Shown: positions 59,001 through 64,000 of the stretch, piece after piece
Layout: each line of letters begins with the position of its first letter
Numbering within the stretch: the stretch's first letter is position 1
From: Cyanophora paradoxa CCMP329
Taxonomy: Eukaryota; Plantae; Glaucophyta
Length of the DNA: 64,000 nt
NCBI GenBank assembly: GCA_004431415.1
Contig: QPMI01000178.1
Location: 1-64,000, forward strand
Direction of reading: 5' to 3'
Made by a program: the position numbers and the translations under genes
The notes under the pieces: generated by a model
What the model was told of the DNA's origin: nothing
Database searches by the model: none
What the model saw: the letters and a program-made list of their open reading frames with translations, nothing else

Positions 59001-62000
59001 CTGAATCGACGCGATTCTGCGGTTGGATCTGACAGCCGTTTCATTTCGCCTCGAAATTCGCAGCTCCTTCAATTACAGTGCGTACAGCGCGCGTTTGCCA
59101 CTCGCGCTTGTGGAAGCTCATGCAAAAGCTTGTCGCCTACCGTGATCGCGCGATCGACCACCAGATGAGCAATTCATGCGGCAGGTTTGTCTGAATAGCG
59201 CCGACAATCTAACGACAATTTCCGACTGAAACGTTAACGTTGTCGATGCACGCAGTTCATGAAATTACCCAAGATATTCATCGGTGCGTCGTCGCCAGCG
59301 TGTTTCTGCTCGGACTGCCCTGCCCATTTCATTTATCCGAGCGCGCGCTCAGACTTTTCGATCGGGGTGCGGATGCGAGCGCCGAGCAACTGCAGCGCGC
59401 AATTGCAAACACACATGGATTGAAAAAGCTCTGCGCAGAGTGGAAAGAGTGATGAGAAGTCGGGCAAGGGCGTGGCTGTTAACATTTGGGGAACAATCAT
59501 GGTGGACCCTAGAACGTTGTACGCCTGGGTCGGATCGGTTCGTCCCTATATGTCATTAAGACGTTTTTGAGTTCAGCAGATCGACCTGCCTGCGCGCGTT
59601 CTCGCACTCAGGGGTACAGGTTCGAGATGAAAATAAAAGATTATAAGCTCAACTGGATCGCATTCGTGTGTGAGTGTCGGCTTTCTTCGCTTCATTCTCA
59701 GAACTTTCGGGGATCGCGCGTTTCTGCGGCTAATCGACGCGCAGATTACGCGGGGCTCAAAATCAACTTGGATATTGGGATCGAGCTCGTTTTGTGCGCG
59801 CTTGGATCGCAATGCTGAATTGCGACGCCGACGTATACGTATACGTATGAGTGACAAGCGCCACACATACGCACAGGACGGTAGAGGCCTGCAAAACACA
59901 GGATATCGGCAAGCTTGAAAAACCGACTGTGTTCACCATCTACGGACCGTTCTTCGTGAACCTGAATCCAGTAAGGCTTTCAAGATTCCATCTTTTTTGC
60001 GTGCGCTGAGCATTTGTTCGCAGTACGTGTGTCTTCCCTTGTGCAACCTGAGGCCGCGCATGCATATGCACCCTCCGACGCAGCGCGCCCTGACAAGCGA
60101 ATGCCGCGCTCCCCGCCGCAGTTCAAAGGGCAACTTCAGATGTGCGTCGACCTTACCATCAAGTGGGCGTTCTATCTTGGTGCCCAACTGGAGGCGGGCC
60201 TTGAGCTTGGCCTCGGGTATGACGGGAAGAAGAACCAGATCAAGCCGGTAATTGCAGGCCCCGGGCCCGACATCGATATCAATGGCCGCATTGACCGAAA
60301 GTCAAATTCATGGTTTCGTTCATGATCATTGCACCCAGATATTCGGTTGGATGGATGGAAACGCGCCTATTTTCGAGGTACGCACAGCAGTGCAGCGCCT
60401 ATGGCAAGCTATCGACTCGGCGAGGCGATCCTTCGCAAGCTCACGCTGACCGTCGGACTCCGACATTCCGCAGGTGGTAAAGCCCGAGCCTCCGACGGAT
60501 TTTTGTGCGCGCGCTCCGATGACGAGGATGTTCCTTCTCGCTTCTAATAGCTCCATTTTTTGCTTTGAACAGTCATCGATGGATTCATCGCTCTTGTTCC
60601 GGAGGTCAGAGCTCGCCCCCATGAATATACTAATCATGCATATCCATTCTCAATCTTTCACTCGATTTCGAGTTGACCTCGTTCTTCAGCTCGGTTTGGA
60701 CCTCGGCGCGATGGGGTAAAGCTTTTTGTCCGATGCACTTTTCCGGTCTGATCCCAAGCACATGCACCTTGCTACCTTCCCGCAGGATCTCGTTCCTAAA
60801 TTTTGCGGTGCAAGGCACGGTGAAGCTCGGGGCCTCGTTCAGTCCGGTCGGCAGTAACAATGGATGCCCTGGAGCGCTCCAAATTTGGGCGGGGATCATC
60901 CCGTATATCGGCGCTAACCTCGTTCTGGACACGATGGTGAAGATGCCGAAAGGGCTCTCGCTCTCCTTCCGAATCGTGCGCGGATATATGCGAGGCTCAC
61001 ACTGCCTCTGTCGCGACCTGACTTCACTTATTCTGCCGCGCGCCAGGCCGGTCAATATTGGGACCAAACCAGGTCGGTGGTCCCTTTCCTTACAATTACT
61101 TATCCAGCCCGTGTGGTTTATGCCGATCACAGCGAGCCAACTCCGAACCCCTACGCCAAAATTGTCAGTGCGTCCGTGCTTCGGCCGCCGGACCTGAGAA
61201 GCGTTGGCTACTGCTGAGCTGGCCGCGGACGTCTGATCCTGTCGCAGTTTCCCAAACCAAGTGTCCCCCAAGTGAAGATCGCGATGGTACCGATTACGAT
61301 ACTGCACTGCTGGTCGTTCGACGGAGTCTACGCGAGGCCGGGGATGTCACAGCGGCAGGGGCCAAGTCCGGCTCCCGCTCCCTCAAAGCTGGCACCAGCA
61401 TCAAAGGCAGCGTGCTCGGGAAGCTGCAGGGCGCCATCGCGGCTATCAAGCCCGCGACGGATGAAGACCTGATCAAAGACTTGGACCCGTACTTCAGCGT
61501 CAAGAACACTCGCGCGTGCGTGCGAGATCTAGAGCATGCATATGCATTTCATGCATTTCTATCGGCTTCGGTGTGATCGAGAGCGCAGTTCGTCTTATCT
61601 TCTCGAGCTCGGCTGGCTCTTCCCGGCCTTCTCGATGCTCGACGACGACGTCGTGGGGTACAGCGTTCTCGTCAGAGAACTGGATCCCGGCAACCCTAAG
61701 ACCGTGGTCAAGAGGTGGAAGGCGTACGTTCCCGGCTCTCCGCTGCCCGTCACGGAGGAGTTCTACAACAGCGCGGAGAAGCTCACCCTGGCGTCGCTCG
61801 CGCCGACGTCGTCATCGCCAAACGGAACCCTGACGGCGAGCAATCGCACCGTGGACCCGTCGGTCTGCGCTGGCATGCAATCCATTCTGGTCTGGGACGC
61901 GGCCCTGCAGCGAGGACACTGCCGCAAACCCCGAGTGAACGCCACGCTCAGCATCGTCCCGGGGACGTTTCTGGCGGGCACGTCGCGGACGGTCGACCTG

Positions 62001-64000
62001 CAGAACATGTTCAACCACAGGCTCGAGAATCTGAAGCCAGAGACTCCTTACAAGATTACGGTCCTTGCCATCAGGATCAACGGAAAAGCGCTGCTCGGTG
62101 GTAACAACTGGGAAAATGACCTTTGGACTTTCCGTGAGCACCAAATGCGAGCCGTGCGTGCTCCAAACCGCAGCTGAAAAATGCGCAGCTGAGCCGATCG
62201 GGCCTCCTACCAACGTGCGGTTTGTCTCCATCGTCCCAGATCGCGAAAATCCTGGAAAGGCGAGCAGCTTCGCTACTTATGGCAGGAAGTTTTCTTATGT
62301 TGCGCATGCGCAGTTTGTTGCGCGGATCAAATGGGACAACAACGCGAAGAGTACTTTCAGCCAGGTGCGTCGAAGCAAAAGGATGAGCCCTCTAGCTCTG
62401 CTAATAACTGATTCTCTGATTTCTAGATTATGGTGGTGCCAGCGCGCGAGGCGACGAGCGTGCCCAGTCCTTGTGCGGAGGGCTACTACCGCGTCGTCAA
62501 CGCGAGGTGGGACGTTCCGTGCGAGCTGGCCGAGCGCGGAGGCGGGGCCTCGCAGCAGCCCGACGCGCGGCTGATCGTCGACCCCCCGAGCCTCTCCGCC
62601 CCCTTCTACGACTACCTTCCCGCTGTTCCCAAGCAGGACATCATCAACATCCCGGGCCTGCTTCCAGGTACGGCAAAGCCGGCTTCACCTTTCGCGAGTT
62701 CTTTTCATTGACACGGACGACGCTGCCGTTTCAAAGGACTTGTGTACAAGTGAGCCTGCCGGCTGCGCGTGCGGAGTCTCTCCGCGCGCATACGCTGAAC
62801 TACCATCTCCACAGGTTTTACGTCCAGGGTCTCAAGGGCGTCGGCAAAGAAGACCCAGACATGTTCTTCCCCGGCAAGTTCTCCGCGCCGCTGAGGGTCC
62901 AAATGCCCGGTGTGCACGCCCTTCTCTTCTGCACAGCCGTGCTCCAATAACTCCATTTGCAGGCCTTCCGCGCGGCGGCTTCGTGCAGGGCAACACCTCC
63001 CTCCCCTATCAGCTTTCCGAGCAAAGGCTCGACTGCGGTGAGCTTCGAATTCAAAGTCTTGTGTGCATACCGATCCCTGATCGGCTTCTTCTCAGGCCTC
63101 TACAACATCTCCTGGGTCAGTTGCGAGAGAAGGGAGAAGGGGGAGGGGAGGGGGGAGGAGGGGGAGGAGGGGGAGGAGGGGGAGGAGGGGGAGGAGGGGG
63201 AGGGGGGAGGGGGAGGGGGGGGAGGGGGGGATGGAAGACCACTCGAAAGTATTTTGAGATCCCCCCCGGCTCCCCCCACCCCACAGCCCCCGTCCTCCTT
63301 TAAATTTCCCAGCGCTAGCACGAGAGTGGAGCAGCTCAGAGAACTCCAAAATTACGATATTTGTGGTGATCTAGATCTAGTGCGGGAAAGCGAGTTTCAA
63401 GCTCGCGTGATCCCTGGATATTCACGCTGGATGCGCCCGCAGGTTCCTGCCTCCTCCGGATTCGGGGCGGCGATGGCGGCGCTCACCAAAGAGGTGCGCT
63501 GCGTGAGCGCCGCTACTCAAAGTCTCTTCGCTGACTCGCTAAGTGCAGGTCGTTCTCACGGTTCGCTGCCTGCAAATAGCGAAGACCGCGCGATACTCTT
63601 GACGACAATGCTTGAATTTGACGCGTCCGCAGCTGACGGATGATCTCCCGAATTCCAAACCGATCTACAAGCGCTTCCCGATTGATCAGTCAGTTGAATA
63701 TTACTCCGTCCTAGTCAACTTCTCGAGCGCCGCTGTCAAGCGCGTCATCAAGCGGACCTTTGTCCTCGGGGCCATAACGTCGGCGGGCTACAACAAGGAC
63801 GGTGCTCTCTTCTTATCGAGAGGCCGCGGCTCTCGGCGACATGGCTGACGCGCGCGTGCATGCGCACCTTGCAGAGGAAGGCAGCAACACTCTACGGATC
63901 ATCGACCGCCCGTGCACTGCGGGCCTCAACTGCCCCGTCGACCAGCTCGACGACATTTTCGTCGAGTGTCCGGAAGTGCCCACCGCACTCTCGGCCACAC
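56005..64000 (+). CDS. Very large secreted/surface protein (signal peptide, amphipathic Lys-rich segment, Cys-rich and beta-rich regions, FN3-like domains); runs off the 3' end
   Basis: Signal peptide ...ACACALLLAFIVLVSIAACVDA. FN3-like HRLENLKPETPYKITVLAI, IGPPTNVRFVSI, IINIPGLLPG..FYVQGL. Many short GT/GC-AG introns. Confidence 0.65.
63125..63231 (+). repeat. Polypurine (GGGGAGGAG)n tract in a long intron (~63116-63442)
   Basis: Read directly: about 105 nt of G/A only. Confidence 0.85.

Noticed and set aside
1-64000. tRNA/rRNA genes or prokaryotic operons
   Set aside because: None recognisable; all identified genes are interrupted by spliceosomal-type introns.

Overview
This is eukaryotic nuclear DNA from an intron-rich protist or alga. 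Introns are short (mostly ~50-100 bp) with CTGAC/CTCAC-type branch points and many GC-AG boundaries. The style suggests the glaucophyte Cyanophora, but that is an inference I could not check. Scattered 1-nt indels look like long-read errors. There are two compartments. Positions 1 to ~36.8 kb are extremely GC-rich and gene-dense: a giant coiled-coil gene with ~3 near-identical 1497-bp exonic repeats, a TRANK1-like gene (RelE-like domain + UvrD/SF1 helicase + TPR), an MFS transporter, an Ataxin-7/Sgf73-like gene, PSMG4, a TIGR04283-type GT2 glycosyltransferase, SGTA, an F-box/LRR gene and an ATC-hydrolase-family gene. Positions ~36.9-64 kb are lower in GC and rich in palindromes. They hold a multi-exon membrane protein with a candidate divergent TIR domain and two huge, divergently transcribed surface/secreted proteins: a LamG+FN3 type-I membrane protein and an FN3 protein with a cationic amphipathic segment. 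The best leads are the TIR-like membrane protein, the RelE-like/helicase fusion, the high GC-AG intron usage, a sense-strand GTACCCC motif and dense palindrome/hairpin formation in non-coding DNA. All gene models were spliced by hand, and family calls come from remembered motifs, not database searches.
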